This document shows positions 1 to 10,229 of a DNA stretch of 64,000 bases, piece by piece (position 1 is the stretch's first letter; every line of letters begins with the position of its first letter). The DNA comes from Spirochaetales bacterium (GTDB lineage Bacteria > Spirochaetota > Spirochaetia > SZUA-6 > RPPD01). Made by a program: the position numbers and the translations under genes. Where the stretch lies: positions 16,423-80,422 of the forward strand of contig JAFGGG010000042.1 in the NCBI GenBank assembly GCA_016930675.1, written 5' to 3'. The notes under the pieces are model-generated. The model did not search any database. It saw nothing but the letters and a program-made list of their open reading frames with translations, and was not told the origin of the DNA.

Positions 1-1
1 T

Positions 2-223
2 AACGATTTCGGAAGTTCGGAGGCCGGAATCTGGATGGCTGAAAATGCGTACAAGTACGGTTTTGTCATGTCATATCCTGAAGGCAGCGAGCTTTTAACC
101 GGTTATAAGTATGAACCGTGGCATTTCCGCTATGTGGGTAAAAAAGTAGCCAAAGCGATTTTTGAAAACAATCTCATCCCCTGCAATTATTTATTATTTT
201 TAGCTACTAAAAACAAGAAATAG
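2..223 (+). CDS. D-alanyl-D-alanine carboxypeptidase (VanY / peptidase M15-like) C-terminal fragment; 5' end lies outside the window
   Basis: ORF open to the window edge. The C-terminal sequence ...YGFVMSYPEGSELLTGYKYEPWHFRYVG is typical of VanY/M15 C-termini. Confidence 0.5.
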   Translation, partial: NDFGSSEAGIWMAENAYKYGFVMSYPEGSELLTGYKYEPWHFRYVGKKVAKAIFENNLIPCNYLLFLATKNKK

Positions 224-281
224 CTTTGTTCTTGACTTTTCGCCTTGCAGAGACTAAGGTGATTACAAGAGGAGAAATGTT

Positions 282-926
282 ATGAAATTACGCTATAATG
301 CGCCTGTTATCCTTACCTATGCTCTTATCTGCACCGGAATAATGGTGGTATGGCAGATTCTGGGGGGAGAAGGAGGACCTGGAATTGATACTTTAGGAGA
401 TAAGTTTGTGGCCGGTTATTTCAGCGTCCCCAGCAATACCATGGGATTTAACTTTCTTTCTTTGGATATTTACAAGTTGTTTTCCCATGCTTTGGGGCAT
501 GGAAACTGGATGCATTTACTCAGTAATTTCACTTTTATTCTATTAATCGGTCCGATTACCGAAGAGAAGTATGGTTCGGGCAGGCTTTTATTCATGATGA
601 TAATCACGGCAGGTGTTTCAGGGCTTATTAATGTATTGTTTTTTGCTACTTCTTCCTTGGGAGCGAGCGGGATTGTGTTTATGCTTATTCTGCTTGTTTC
701 TATAACAAATGTAAGATCAGGTGAGATCCCTTTAACTTTCATCGCGATTGTGCTTATCTACCTTACGGGAGAAATTATTAATATGTTTGCGGAAAATAAC
801 ATTAACGAAGCCGCCCATTTATTAGGCGGACTCTGCGGCAGTATTTTCGGATTCACTATGCTTAAAGGGAAAACAGAAAAGAATGGTGACGCGTCGGGCA
901 CAACAGACAATCCTCTAGGCCTTTAA
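282..926 (+). CDS. Rhomboid-family intramembrane serine protease
   Basis: Multi-TM 214-aa protein. Candidate catalytic Ser in GASG (TM4) and His in AHLLGGLCG (last TM). RBS GAGGAGAAATG upstream. Confidence 0.6.
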   Translation: MKLRYNAPVILTYALICTGIMVVWQILGGEGGPGIDTLGDKFVAGYFSVPSNTMGFNFLSLDIYKLFSHALGHGNWMHLLSNFTFILLIGPITEEKYGSGRLLFMMIITAGVSGLINVLFFATSSLGASGIVFMLILLVSITNVRSGEIPLTFIAIVLIYLTGEIINMFAENNINEAAHLLGGLCGSIFGFTMLKGKTEKNGDASGTTDNPLGL

Positions 927-927
927 A

Positions 928-1290
928 ATGGAAACATTTCAGAATGACTTTATTCACATGCTGCAGACAGAACTGGAAGATCTGATTAAAGATATAGAAC
1001 TGTTAATGGAGGTGCAGAAGCAAAGATTGGAAAAAAGTGAGATTACCAATTATGTGTATCTGGAAAATACCGCGCTTTTTAAAAACGAAATCGCCTGTCT
1101 TAAGAATTTTCTAAAATTTTCCTCACAGCTTGATCTTGATGGTTTTCAGACCCATGATGAGTTGGGAGACTATATCAAACAGGAATTTAAAAATCAATTG
1201 GAAGAACATTGCTATGCGCAGGCAATCGAGAGCTTTGTGGACAGGAAATTAAAAAAGATTATCGATTACATAAAAAGGATAGAGTCCTGA
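928..1290 (+). CDS. Hypothetical protein (charged, coiled-coil-like)
   Basis: 120-aa ORF immediately following the rhomboid gene (1-bp gap). No recognisable motif. Confidence 0.4.
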   Translation: METFQNDFIHMLQTELEDLIKDIELLMEVQKQRLEKSEITNYVYLENTALFKNEIACLKNFLKFSSQLDLDGFQTHDELGDYIKQEFKNQLEEHCYAQAIESFVDRKLKKIIDYIKRIES

Positions 1291-1352
1291 TTAGTTGTTT
1301 TCACAGGTAGTTATTGATTTAGACGGTCTGCTATGTTATTTTAAATATTAGT

Positions 1353-1751
1353 ATGAGACATCCGAACCTCATTCAATGGGAAACTCAGCTTAAAGCCATA
1401 TTCGATCAAATTGACGATTATGTGGAGGATAAATACGGAAAGCTCTTCCCGCTCCATCCTTCACGCGCACCGCGCGGTTCCACTTCAAATAAGGAACATG
1501 ACGGATTATTTAATATCGGGGCCAGTTTTTCAGCAGGATTCGGCTCAGAGCACGGCGCGGGATATATTGTTGAGATTCGCATGGCGACCCTTTCACATGT
1601 ACCGTTGGAGGTACGCAAACAAATTGAGAAAGATGTGATAGAAATTCTGAATCGCGAGCTGGAGCTTAAGTTTCCCGATAAAATACTTGATGTTACCAAA
1701 GACGGGGATGTTTATAAAATTCACGGTGATTTGAGTTTAGGGCATATATAA
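1353..1751 (+). CDS. Hypothetical protein
   Basis: 132-aa ORF, no recognisable motif. Confidence 0.4.
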   Translation: MRHPNLIQWETQLKAIFDQIDDYVEDKYGKLFPLHPSRAPRGSTSNKEHDGLFNIGASFSAGFGSEHGAGYIVEIRMATLSHVPLEVRKQIEKDVIEILNRELELKFPDKILDVTKDGDVYKIHGDLSLGHI

Positions 1752-1850
1752 ATGCTTGAATTTTTGCTTGTTGTTAATTATTTTTAATAGTAAAATTAAT
1801 ACTGCTTTTATAAAATCTTAGACAGATTATTAACTAGTGAAGAGGAAAAT

Positions 1851-2474
1851 ATGGAAGTGCAACTGCAGGACTTAATTGACAAGATAAAAACTAAAGGTAT
1901 TAAACAGGCTGAGGCTGAAGCAGATAAAATTAGATCTTCAGCTTTGGCAGAAGCAAAAAAAATTACCAATCAAGCTAAAAAAGACGCGGAACAGCTTTTG
2001 GATAAAACCAAACAAGAGATAGCTTCTTTTAAGCAGTCTGCCGATCAGGCGCTGCAGCAGGCGGGACGGGATCTTATTCTCGCGTTAAAAGCAGAGATAC
2101 AGACATTATTTGATACGGTACTGAAAGCTGAAGTAAAAGCGGTGTTGCAAAGCAAAGTATTGGAAGATGTCCTGCTGTTAGTTGTAAAAGAGTGGGTTAA
2201 AAAAGGTATTAGTGATATCAGCCTCATGGTGTCAGCTGAAGATTTAAAAAAGCTTGAAAAATTTCTTTTAACCAAATGTGCGTCTGAAATGAAAAAAGGA
2301 ATTGTTATAAAAGCGCTTCCTGATATTAAAGCCGGCTTTCGCATTATGGAAAAAGACGGTACGGCTTATTACAACATAACCGAGGAAGGTATCGCCGAGT
2401 TTTTAGGTGAATACTTAAATCCCAAGCTGGCGGATCTTTTTAAGCAAACCTCGAAAAAGGGGAGTGAGACTTGA
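1851..2474 (+). CDS. atpE: V-type ATP synthase subunit E
   Basis: 207 aa, Ala/Lys/Glu-rich helical N-terminus (AEAEADKIRSSALAEAKKI...) typical of V/A-ATPase E. First gene of the V-ATPase operon. RBS GAGGAAAATATG. Confidence 0.7.
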   Translation: MEVQLQDLIDKIKTKGIKQAEAEADKIRSSALAEAKKITNQAKKDAEQLLDKTKQEIASFKQSADQALQQAGRDLILALKAEIQTLFDTVLKAEVKAVLQSKVLEDVLLLVVKEWVKKGISDISLMVSAEDLKKLEKFLLTKCASEMKKGIVIKALPDIKAGFRIMEKDGTAYYNITEEGIAEFLGEYLNPKLADLFKQTSKKGSET

Positions 2475-3034
2475 GTAATTATTACTATGTAGTGGCTGCT
2501 CTTCCCCTGCTTTATTTTGATAAAGAGGCCCCTGTTAGTCTGGAATACTTTTTGGATTTCTGCTGCGGTCAACTTAAACCTGATGATTATAAGCTGGTCA
2601 TCGGTGCGGATTTTCAAAATTTCAACGGGTCTTTTCCTCAAGCCAGAGTATACGGGCAGTACCGGGCGTGGGAAATTGCCCTGCGCAACGAGCTTGTACG
2701 TTTAAGAGCCTTTAAAAAGGAACAGGACGCTGCACCTTATCTAAGGCAAGGTTCCGAAATAATCGGCTTAAAACTATTGGTCAGAAAAGCATTTGAGGAT
2801 TCTTCCCCATTACTAGCCGAAGCGATTTTGAACAAAGCTCGTTGGGATTACTTGGAAGAATTGGAAGTCGGACATTTTTTCGATGTACAAAAAATCGTAA
2901 TCTATTATCTTAAATTACAGCTTCTTAACAGAAAGGCTTATTTTCAAGATGAACTGGGAAAAGACAATTACACTGCTTTACTAAGGCACATATTCGAAGA
3001 ATTAAAAACCGGAGTGGAAGTATATGAAAAATAA
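2471..3034 (+). CDS. V-ATPase operon-associated protein (occupies the position of the small 'hypothetical/C-like' ORF between E and A in spirochaete/Chlamydia/Bacteroidetes-type operons)
   Basis: 187-aa ORF overlapping atpE stop by 4 bp and the atpA start. Called from operon position only. Confidence 0.45.
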   Translation: MSNYYYVVAALPLLYFDKEAPVSLEYFLDFCCGQLKPDDYKLVIGADFQNFNGSFPQARVYGQYRAWEIALRNELVRLRAFKKEQDAAPYLRQGSEIIGLKLLVRKAFEDSSPLLAEAILNKARWDYLEELEVGHFFDVQKIVIYYLKLQLLNRKAYFQDELGKDNYTALLRHIFEELKTGVEVYEK

Positions 3035-4796
3035 GTTTGGTAAAGTAATCGGTATTAACGGCAATATGATCTCCGTGGCCTATGAGGGTAATGCGATTAT
3101 GAATGAGGTCGGATACGTGCACGTAAACGACAAAAAGTTGAAATCAGAAGTAATTCGTATTCGGGGTAATAGAGCCGAGCTGCAGGTGTTTGAACGTACC
3201 AGCGGTATCGGCATCGGTGATAAAGTGGATTTTACAGGCGAGCTTTTGACCGTTCAGTTGGGTCCGGGGCTTTTGGGCCAGATTTTTGACGGCCTGCAGA
3301 ATCCTTTGCCTGAGTTGGCCAGGCAGTGCGGCTTTTTTTTAGAGCGGGGTGTGTATTTGTCGGCTCTGCCAAAGGAAATGAAATATGAATTTAATCCACG
3401 AGTAAAAGCGGGCCAAACCGTTAAGCGGGCGGATATCCTGGGCACTGTAGCGGAAGGTCTTTTTACCCATCGTATAATGGTGCCCTTTTATCTGTACGAT
3501 ACCTATACGGTTGATTCAATAGCAAAGAAAGGTGTTTTCAGTATACGAGATGAGATCGCGGTTATAAAGGATTCTCATGGCAAAAAAATATCTCTTTCAA
3601 TGGTGTTCAGCTGGCCTGTAAAGCGTCCGATCGATGCTTATGCTCAGCGCCTAAAACCTTCAGAGCCTTTGATTACCAAGGTCAGGATTGTAGACACTCT
3701 GGTGCCGGTGGCAAGAGGAGGCACGTACTGCATCCCCGGTCCCTTCGGAGCAGGTAAAACCGTACTGCAGCAGATAACAAGCCGTCACGCTGAAGTTGAT
3801 ATTGTAGTTATTACCGCCTGCGGTGAGCGGGCCGGAGAAGTGGTTGAAACATTAAGAGAGTTCCCGGAGCTTATCGATCCGCGTACGGGAAAATCGCTTA
3901 TGGAACGCACAATCATAATCTGTAATACAAGCTCTATGCCTGTAGCTGCCAGAGAAGCCTCTGTATATACAGGTGTGACGTTGGCGGAATACTACCGTCA
4001 GATGGGTCTGAATGTACTGTTACTCGCGGATTCTACTTCACGCTGGGCCCAGGCCATGCGGGAAATGTCGGGCCGCCTGGAAGAAATACCGGGCGAGGAG
4101 GCTTTCCCTGCGTATCTGGAATCGGTTATCGCCAGTTTTTATGAAAGAGCGGGAGTGGTGCGTTTAAAAGACGGCACAACAGGATCCGTAACCATCGGAG
4201 GCACTGTAAGCCCGGCGGGAGGAAATTTTGAAGAACCGGTTACTCAGAGTACCTTGAAGGTTGTGGGTTCCTTTCACGGATTATCAAGGGAACGTTCGGA
4301 TGCCAGGCGTTATCCCGCTATTCATCCTTTGGAAAGCTGGAGCAAATACCAAGGACCGGTGAACAAGCGCAAAACCGACTGGGTACGTGAGCTGTTGTTT
4401 CACGGTAATGAAGTAGATCAGATGATGAAAGTAGTGGGTGAAGAAGGCACAAGTCTTGAAGACTATATTGTCCATTTGAAAGCCGAGTTTTTTGATTCTG
4501 TTTATCTGCAGCAGAATGCGTTTGATCCCGTGGATGCGGCGACTACTGCGGAGAGACAGCGCTATGTATTCGATATTCTCTTGAAGATACTGATTGCCGA
4601 CTATAAGTTAAATGATAATGATGATGCCAGATCCTTTATAAACCAGCTGCGGCAGAAGTTTTTGGATTGGAACGGAGCTGAGTGGAAGTCGCAAGAATTT
4701 TTAAAAATCGAAAAAGAGTTTTTAAACTTTGTTTTTGAAAAGAGTACTCAATCAGAGGATGATGTTGATGAGCGTTTACAAAAGATGTTTAGTTAA
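3024..4796 (+). CDS. atpA: V-type ATP synthase catalytic subunit A
   Basis: 590 aa. Walker A GPFGAGKT and extensive A-subunit-like sequence (e.g. PAYLESVIASFYERAG). Confidence 0.9.
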   Translation: MKNKFGKVIGINGNMISVAYEGNAIMNEVGYVHVNDKKLKSEVIRIRGNRAELQVFERTSGIGIGDKVDFTGELLTVQLGPGLLGQIFDGLQNPLPELARQCGFFLERGVYLSALPKEMKYEFNPRVKAGQTVKRADILGTVAEGLFTHRIMVPFYLYDTYTVDSIAKKGVFSIRDEIAVIKDSHGKKISLSMVFSWPVKRPIDAYAQRLKPSEPLITKVRIVDTLVPVARGGTYCIPGPFGAGKTVLQQITSRHAEVDIVVITACGERAGEVVETLREFPELIDPRTGKSLMERTIIICNTSSMPVAAREASVYTGVTLAEYYRQMGLNVLLLADSTSRWAQAMREMSGRLEEIPGEEAFPAYLESVIASFYERAGVVRLKDGTTGSVTIGGTVSPAGGNFEEPVTQSTLKVVGSFHGLSRERSDARRYPAIHPLESWSKYQGPVNKRKTDWVRELLFHGNEVDQMMKVVGEEGTSLEDYIVHLKAEFFDSVYLQQNAFDPVDAATTAERQRYVFDILLKILIADYKLNDNDDARSFINQLRQKFLDWNGAEWKSQEFLKIEKEFLNFVFEKSTQSEDDVDERLQKMFS

Positions 4797-4847
4797 CAAC
4801 CAAGGACACGAAGTTTTTTAGTCAGTAATAGATGAAGGAGCAGGGTA

Positions 4848-6179
4848 GTGCGTAAGGTGTACAGTAAAATTGAACAGATTGTCGGGAATGTCATTACAGT
4901 TAAGGCCAGCGAAATAAAGTATGGTGAACTTGCGGAGGTTCATTCCGCTCACGGTATGTCTCTTGCAGAAGTAATACGGATGAATGAGGATCTGGTCTCC
5001 TTGCAGGTATTTTCGGGCAGCAGAGGGATCTCTACCGGTGATGAGGTACGCTTTTTGGGTAATCCGATGAGGGTGAGTTTTTCAGATAATTTATTGGGCC
5101 GTATATTTACAGGCGGAGGAAAGCCGCGCGATAAAGGTCCGGAGCTTTTAGAAAATATGATTGAGATCGGCGGGCCTTCCGTAAATCCTGCCAAACGCAT
5201 CATCCCGCGTAATATGATCCGCACAGGTATTCCCATGATAGATGTGTTTAACTCTTTGGTCGAATCGCAGAAGCTGCCCATTTTCTCAGTTTCAGGAGAA
5301 CCTTATAATGAGCTGTTGGCCAGGATCGCCATGCAGGCGGAAGTTGATATTATTATATTGGGAGGATGCGGACTCAAATACGATGATTATCTGTTCTTTA
5401 AGGAAACCTTGGAAGAGGGCGGCGCCATGAGCAGGGCGATTTTCTTTATTCATACGGCAGCCGATCCGGTGGTGGAATGTCTGCAGGTGCCTGATCTTTC
5501 ATTAGCTGTGGCCGAACAGTTTGGTCTGCAGGGCAAGAGAGTTCTGGTACTGCTGAGCGATATGACTAATTTTGCCGATGCGCTGAAAGAAATAGCCATT
5601 ACCATGGAACAGGTTCCCTCAAACCGCGGCTACCCGGGGGATCTCTACAGCCAGCTGGCGGCTCGCTATGAAAAGGCGGTCGATTTTGAAGGAGCGGGTT
5701 CGGTAACGGTACTGGCTGTAACCACCATGCCCGGAGACGATGTGACACATCCTGTACCGGATAATACCGGTTATATCACGGAGGGTCAGTTTTATTTACG
5801 CAATGGAAGGATTGAACCTTTCGGTTCGCTTTCACGACTTAAACAATTGGTAAACAAAAATTCACGGGAAGATCACCGCGCCCTTATGGACGGCATGATA
5901 AAACTCTATGCTCTCTATCAGGAGACTTTGGAAAAAAAGGCAATGGGTTTTCGTATGTCCGAATGGGACAAAAAACTGCTTAAGTATGGAGAGCAATTTG
6001 AAAGCGGACTCATGCATCTGTCGGTAAACATACCGCTTGAAAGTGCTTTAGACCGCGGCTGGCAAATTCTGGCGGAGTGTTTGACGCCGGAGGAAACGGG
6101 CCTGAGAACCGAACTGATTAAGAAATTTTGGCCAAAGCAGGAGTTGAGTGCTACAGATGGCAAAGATCAAACTAAGTAA
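4848..6179 (+). CDS. atpB: V-type ATP synthase subunit B
   Basis: 443 aa, A/B ATPase-family fold without an intact P-loop, immediately downstream of atpA. Confidence 0.85.
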   Translation: MRKVYSKIEQIVGNVITVKASEIKYGELAEVHSAHGMSLAEVIRMNEDLVSLQVFSGSRGISTGDEVRFLGNPMRVSFSDNLLGRIFTGGGKPRDKGPELLENMIEIGGPSVNPAKRIIPRNMIRTGIPMIDVFNSLVESQKLPIFSVSGEPYNELLARIAMQAEVDIIILGGCGLKYDDYLFFKETLEEGGAMSRAIFFIHTAADPVVECLQVPDLSLAVAEQFGLQGKRVLVLLSDMTNFADALKEIAITMEQVPSNRGYPGDLYSQLAARYEKAVDFEGAGSVTVLAVTTMPGDDVTHPVPDNTGYITEGQFYLRNGRIEPFGSLSRLKQLVNKNSREDHRALMDGMIKLYALYQETLEKKAMGFRMSEWDKKLLKYGEQFESGLMHLSVNIPLESALDRGWQILAECLTPEETGLRTELIKKFWPKQELSATDGKDQTK

Positions 6180-6759
6180 AACGGAATTAAAAAAGCAAAA
6201 GGATGCGCTCAAGCGTTTTTTGCGTTATCTGCCAACTTTAGTTCTTAAAAAGCAGCAGCTACAGATGGAAATGCGTAAAATTGAAGCTTTGCTGGAGAAA
6301 AAGCAGGAACTTTATACGGATAAAAATCAGGCACTGCTAAAATGGATCGCTGTTTTCGGTGAGCCCGTGGAATTGGAAAAGCTTGTAGCAGTAAAAAACG
6401 TGGAAACCGAAACCAATAATGTGGCCGGTATAGATATTCCTGTTTTTATACGGGCTGATTTTGAACAGATCCGGTATGATCTGTTTACTCAACCACTTTG
6501 GGTCGATAAAGCGGTTGAGGCGGTTAAGGAGTTGTCGGTATTGAAGTTGGAATTGGATATTCTGCATTTTCAAAAATTATTGTTAGGTGAAGAGTTGCGC
6601 ATTACAAGCCAGCGGATAAACCTCTTTGAAAAAGTAAAAATACCCGATACCCGGGAGAACATACGTGTGATTCAAATTTATTTGGGAGATCAACAGATAG
6701 CTGCTGTGGTAAGAGGTAAAATCTCAAAGAACAAAATCATGAGGAGCCTGGTGTCATGA
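6148..6759 (+). CDS. atpD: V-type ATP synthase subunit D
   Basis: 203-aa helical, Lys/Glu-rich protein in the conserved position after B. Overlaps atpB 3' end. Confidence 0.7.
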   Translation: MLQMAKIKLSKTELKKQKDALKRFLRYLPTLVLKKQQLQMEMRKIEALLEKKQELYTDKNQALLKWIAVFGEPVELEKLVAVKNVETETNNVAGIDIPVFIRADFEQIRYDLFTQPLWVDKAVEAVKELSVLKLELDILHFQKLLLGEELRITSQRINLFEKVKIPDTRENIRVIQIYLGDQQIAAVVRGKISKNKIMRSLVS

Positions 6760-8552
6760 TTGTACCTATGAAGAAGATCACACTTATTGTTTTGGATGAA
6801 GAAAGGCAAAAATCTTTAAAAGAGCTGGCCCGGATCGGTGTGCTTGACATTAAGGCAAGCACCGCGGTCCATGCAGAATCCGAAGAGTTGGAAGCACTTA
6901 AGGCAAAACAGGATATGCTACACAAGGCGTTGGTTTTACTTGCCAAACCCAAGAGCAGCGCTAAAACGCAAAAAATACACGCTTTGGAATCAAGACTGGA
7001 AGTAGCAAAGGATGTTTTAGCGATTGAAGATCAAATACACAAAGCGGAAGAACAACAGCATAAGTTGAAATCTATTGTCGAGCGAATCTCTCCATGGGGG
7101 AATTTTATTCCTGACCATATTGTCAGTTTGAGGCAGTCCGGTCTTCATCTTAAGTTTTATGAAGTTGAACTCAAAGCACTTGATTCGATTCCCCGGGAAA
7201 TAAATTATATAATACTCGCTAAGACTAAAAAAACAGCACAGATTGTCTGTATTATGGAAGATCCCACATCTGGCTTGGAATTTAAAGAGTTGCAAATTCC
7301 GGAGAAAAGCCTTTCCGAACTGCGTAAAGAGATAAATGCGCTTGAGAAACAAATATCCGGTTTAAAGAGAAAGCTCGCGGAAAAAAATAAATATTATGAA
7401 GTACTTGGAGATGCTGTAAACACTATAGGCAAAAGAATAGAATTTGAAGAGGCATATTCAAGTGTGCTGACAGAGGGGGAGCTTTCCCATATTTCGGGAT
7501 TTGCTCCGGGCACTGAAATATCTCGTTTGAAACAGGCTGCCGCCAAGCATGGCTGGGCACTGCTTATCGAAGATCCCGATGAACATGATCCTGTGCCCAC
7601 TCTGGTAAAGAATCCCAAATGGATCCGGATAATAAAACCGGTTTTTGATTTTTTGGGTACGGTTCCGGGATACCGTGAATATGATATCAGTTTATGGTTT
7701 TTACTCTTTTTCAGCATCTTTTTTGGAATTCTCATAGGTGATGCCGGATATGGGGCGGTTTTTTTTGTACTGACACTCATTATTCGTCTTGTGGCCAGAA
7801 AAGCACCGGCGGAACCATTTGCCCTCATGTTTGTGACAAGTATCGTCACCATAATCTGGGGAGGAATAAGCGGCACCTGGTTCGGTTCGGAAAGCATTGC
7901 CAGGAGTCCTTTGGTGTCCTGGATGATTATTCCTGAGATTTACAGCTTTAAGGATGGCGATACAAGCGCTGTGCTCATGCAGTTCTGTTTTATCTTGGGA
8001 GCCGTGCATCTGGGAATAGCGCGTATCAAAAGTTTTATCCGCCAGCTGCCGAAATTGAAGGCGTTCACCGAATTAGGCTGGTTATGCATTATTGTCAGTA
8101 TGTATTTTATCGTTCTGTTTCTAATTTTAAAGCAGGATTTTAATCCCTTGATTAGCTATTTGCTTGTCGGAGGTATAGTATTAGTAATTTTGTTTAGTGA
8201 GCAGCAAGGTAAATTTATAAAAGGTGCATTAATGGGGCTGGTTAAACTACCCTTAAATGTGTTATCCGTTATAAGCACGTTTGCCGATGTGGTATCATAT
8301 GTGAGACTTTTCGCTGTCGGTCTTTCAGCTTTGGAAATAGCCAAAGCCTTTAACGGTATGGCGGCTAATGTGGGTTTTGAAGGAGCAGCATTAATCGGCG
8401 CGATTATCATCCTTTTTTTAGGGCACCTTTTAAATATTGTATTGGGAATAATGGCGGTTGTGGTTCATGGAGTAAGACTCAATATGCTGGAATTTTCAGG
8501 GCATTTGGGTATGGAGTGGACGGGAAGGCCGTATGAGCCGTTTACGGATTAA
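6756..8552 (+). CDS. atpI: V-type ATP synthase subunit I (a-subunit)
   Basis: 598 aa. Hydrophilic N-terminal half, polytopic C-terminal half with the conserved Arg-containing helix (VSYVRLFAVGLSA). Confidence 0.8.
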   Translation: MIVPMKKITLIVLDEERQKSLKELARIGVLDIKASTAVHAESEELEALKAKQDMLHKALVLLAKPKSSAKTQKIHALESRLEVAKDVLAIEDQIHKAEEQQHKLKSIVERISPWGNFIPDHIVSLRQSGLHLKFYEVELKALDSIPREINYIILAKTKKTAQIVCIMEDPTSGLEFKELQIPEKSLSELRKEINALEKQISGLKRKLAEKNKYYEVLGDAVNTIGKRIEFEEAYSSVLTEGELSHISGFAPGTEISRLKQAAAKHGWALLIEDPDEHDPVPTLVKNPKWIRIIKPVFDFLGTVPGYREYDISLWFLLFFSIFFGILIGDAGYGAVFFVLTLIIRLVARKAPAEPFALMFVTSIVTIIWGGISGTWFGSESIARSPLVSWMIIPEIYSFKDGDTSAVLMQFCFILGAVHLGIARIKSFIRQLPKLKAFTELGWLCIIVSMYFIVLFLILKQDFNPLISYLLVGGIVLVILFSEQQGKFIKGALMGLVKLPLNVLSVISTFADVVSYVRLFAVGLSALEIAKAFNGMAANVGFEGAALIGAIIILFLGHLLNIVLGIMAVVVHGVRLNMLEFSGHLGMEWTGRPYEPFTD

Positions 8553-8562
8553 AGAGAATGTT

Positions 8563-8673
8563 TCACACAGAGCACGCGGTCCGGATAAAAAATAAAATAT
8601 CTCTTACGGAGTACACTGAGAACACAGAGGTATTTATATATTTTTCTCCGCGGACTCCGTGAACTCTGTGAGA
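8563..8673. repeat. Three imperfect copies of a ~22-28-nt motif (cacagag...cggagtccgcgg-like) in mixed orientation in the atpI-atpK intergenic region
   Basis: Copy 1 8563-8584 (tcacacagagcacgcggtccgg). Copy 2 8601-8629. Copy 3 8646-8673 (ctccgcggactccgtgaactctgtgaga) is an approximate reverse complement of copy 1. AT-rich spacer between them. Confidence 0.4.
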
Positions 8674-8723
8674 GATTTTATTAAAATCGATTTAGAAGTA
8701 CGTATGAAACGAAAGGAGATAAT

Positions 8724-9155
8724 ATGGATTTAGGAGGTATAGGTGTTGCTGCGGCGTTTACCTTGGCTGCTTTAGGATCAGCCTTGGGGACCGGAACGGC
8801 GGGGATGGCTGCGATCGGCGCTTGGAAGAAGTGTTTCGCCCAGAATAAAGCAGCACCCTTTATTCTGCTGGCGTTTGTAGGCGCGCCATTATCACAGACT
8901 TTTTACGGATTCATTTTAATGAGTACTATGATAACCAGTGAGGCGGGAGATTTCGCGAAATTGGGTATAGGTGTTCTAAGCGGGATCGCGATCGGTTTTT
9001 CCGCCTGGTTTCAAGGAAAAGCCGGTGCCTCGGCTTCGGACGCTATCGGTGAAACCGGTAAGGGCTTCGCCAATTATATCGCGGTTGTCGGTGTTATTGA
9101 ATCGGTGGCCCTGTTTGTAATGGTACTCATGCTGATATCCGTCAACAGTATTTAA
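8724..9155 (+). CDS. atpK: V-type ATP synthase subunit K (proteolipid)
   Basis: 143-aa Gly/Ala-rich double-hairpin proteolipid. Strong RBS AAGGAGATAATATGG. Confidence 0.8.
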   Translation: MDLGGIGVAAAFTLAALGSALGTGTAGMAAIGAWKKCFAQNKAAPFILLAFVGAPLSQTFYGFILMSTMITSEAGDFAKLGIGVLSGIAIGFSAWFQGKAGASASDAIGETGKGFANYIAVVGVIESVALFVMVLMLISVNSI

Positions 9156-9161
9156 GCTGTA

Positions 9162-10229
9162 ATGAATGAAAAAGGGCTTAAGCGAAAATATACACATCCT
9201 GTTAAGGTAGGCGACATCTCAATAGGAGGAAACTTTCCCATAGCGGTTCAAACTATGTGGAAGCAGCCATTACAGGAAGTAGACCGTAAGCTTATAAACA
9301 GAATTAAGAAACTAAAGGATTTGGGCTGCGATATTCTACGCTTCGCGGTTCCTGATGAGCAAGCTGCCCATCTTCTAGGTGAACTTTCAAAAATAAGCAC
9401 TAGTGCTTTGGTGGCGGATGTTCATTTTGATTATAAGTTGGCGCTTATCGCTCTTGACTATCCTGTAGCAAAAATCAGAATTAATCCGGGCAACATCGGA
9501 GCCAAATGGAAGGTGAAAGAGGTAATCCTTAAGGCAAAGGACAGAGAGGTTCCGATCAGAGTTGGAGTCAATTCAGGCTCCCTGCCTTTTAAGCTGCGAC
9601 AGCTAAAAAATACAGCTCATGCCATGCTTGAAGCGGCAGAACAGGAGCTTGAAATTTGTGAACAATATAATTTCAAGCATATTATTTTTTCGCTTAAATC
9701 TTCGGACGCCCATACCACGATAAAAGCGAACACACTTTTTTCCGAACGATATGATTATCCTCTGCATTTGGGAGTAACCGAAGCCGGACCGCTGATTCCC
9801 GGTATAATTAAAAATACCGCCGCCCTGTATACGCTTCTGCGCATGGGAATAGGTGATACGATTAGGGTTTCATTATCCTCCGATTCGGTTACGGAGATTG
9901 AGGCTGCCAAAGCCATCATCAAGACAGTAGGCTACCAAACCGCAGAACCTAATATAATTTCTTGTCCGACCTGCGGCAGGACGATTTTTCCGGTTAAGGA
10001 CTTTTATGAAAAAATTAAAGGAAATATAGAAAAACTGCATAAAGATGTTACCATTGCTATTATGGGTTGTCCGGTAAACGGTCCGGGGGAAGCAAGAGCA
10101 GCTGATTTGGGAATCACAGGCACGCAAAAGCATGTAATAATCTTTAAGCAAGGTAAAGTAATTAGACGAGAATTAATAAAGAACGCATTATCCGTTTTTC
10201 TGGAGGAATTGGACAGGATACATGAATAA
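9162..10229 (+). CDS. ispG: 4-hydroxy-3-methylbut-2-en-1-yl diphosphate synthase (MEP pathway)
   Basis: 355 aa. GcpE-type Cys motifs CPTCGRT and GCPVNGPGE. Starts 7 bp after atpK. Confidence 0.85.
   Translation: MNEKGLKRKYTHPVKVGDISIGGNFPIAVQTMWKQPLQEVDRKLINRIKKLKDLGCDILRFAVPDEQAAHLLGELSKISTSALVADVHFDYKLALIALDYPVAKIRINPGNIGAKWKVKEVILKAKDREVPIRVGVNSGSLPFKLRQLKNTAHAMLEAAEQELEICEQYNFKHIIFSLKSSDAHTTIKANTLFSERYDYPLHLGVTEAGPLIPGIIKNTAALYTLLRMGIGDTIRVSLSSDSVTEIEAAKAIIKTVGYQTAEPNIISCPTCGRTIFPVKDFYEKIKGNIEKLHKDVTIAIMGCPVNGPGEARAADLGITGTQKHVIIFKQGKVIRRELIKNALSVFLEELDRIHE

Noticed and set aside
470-742. Antisense ORFs nested inside well-supported genes. Examples: 470-742(-) in the rhomboid gene, 7394-7897(-) and 7701-8009(-) in atpI, 16470-16832(-), 17146-17472(-), 18112-18519(-) and 18624-18971(-) in the YedE/desulfurase genes, and 41618-41821 in the FtsX permease.
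   Set aside because: The opposite strand carries a protein with clear conserved motifs. The nested ORFs are low-complexity or oddly biased and are typical six-frame artefacts.
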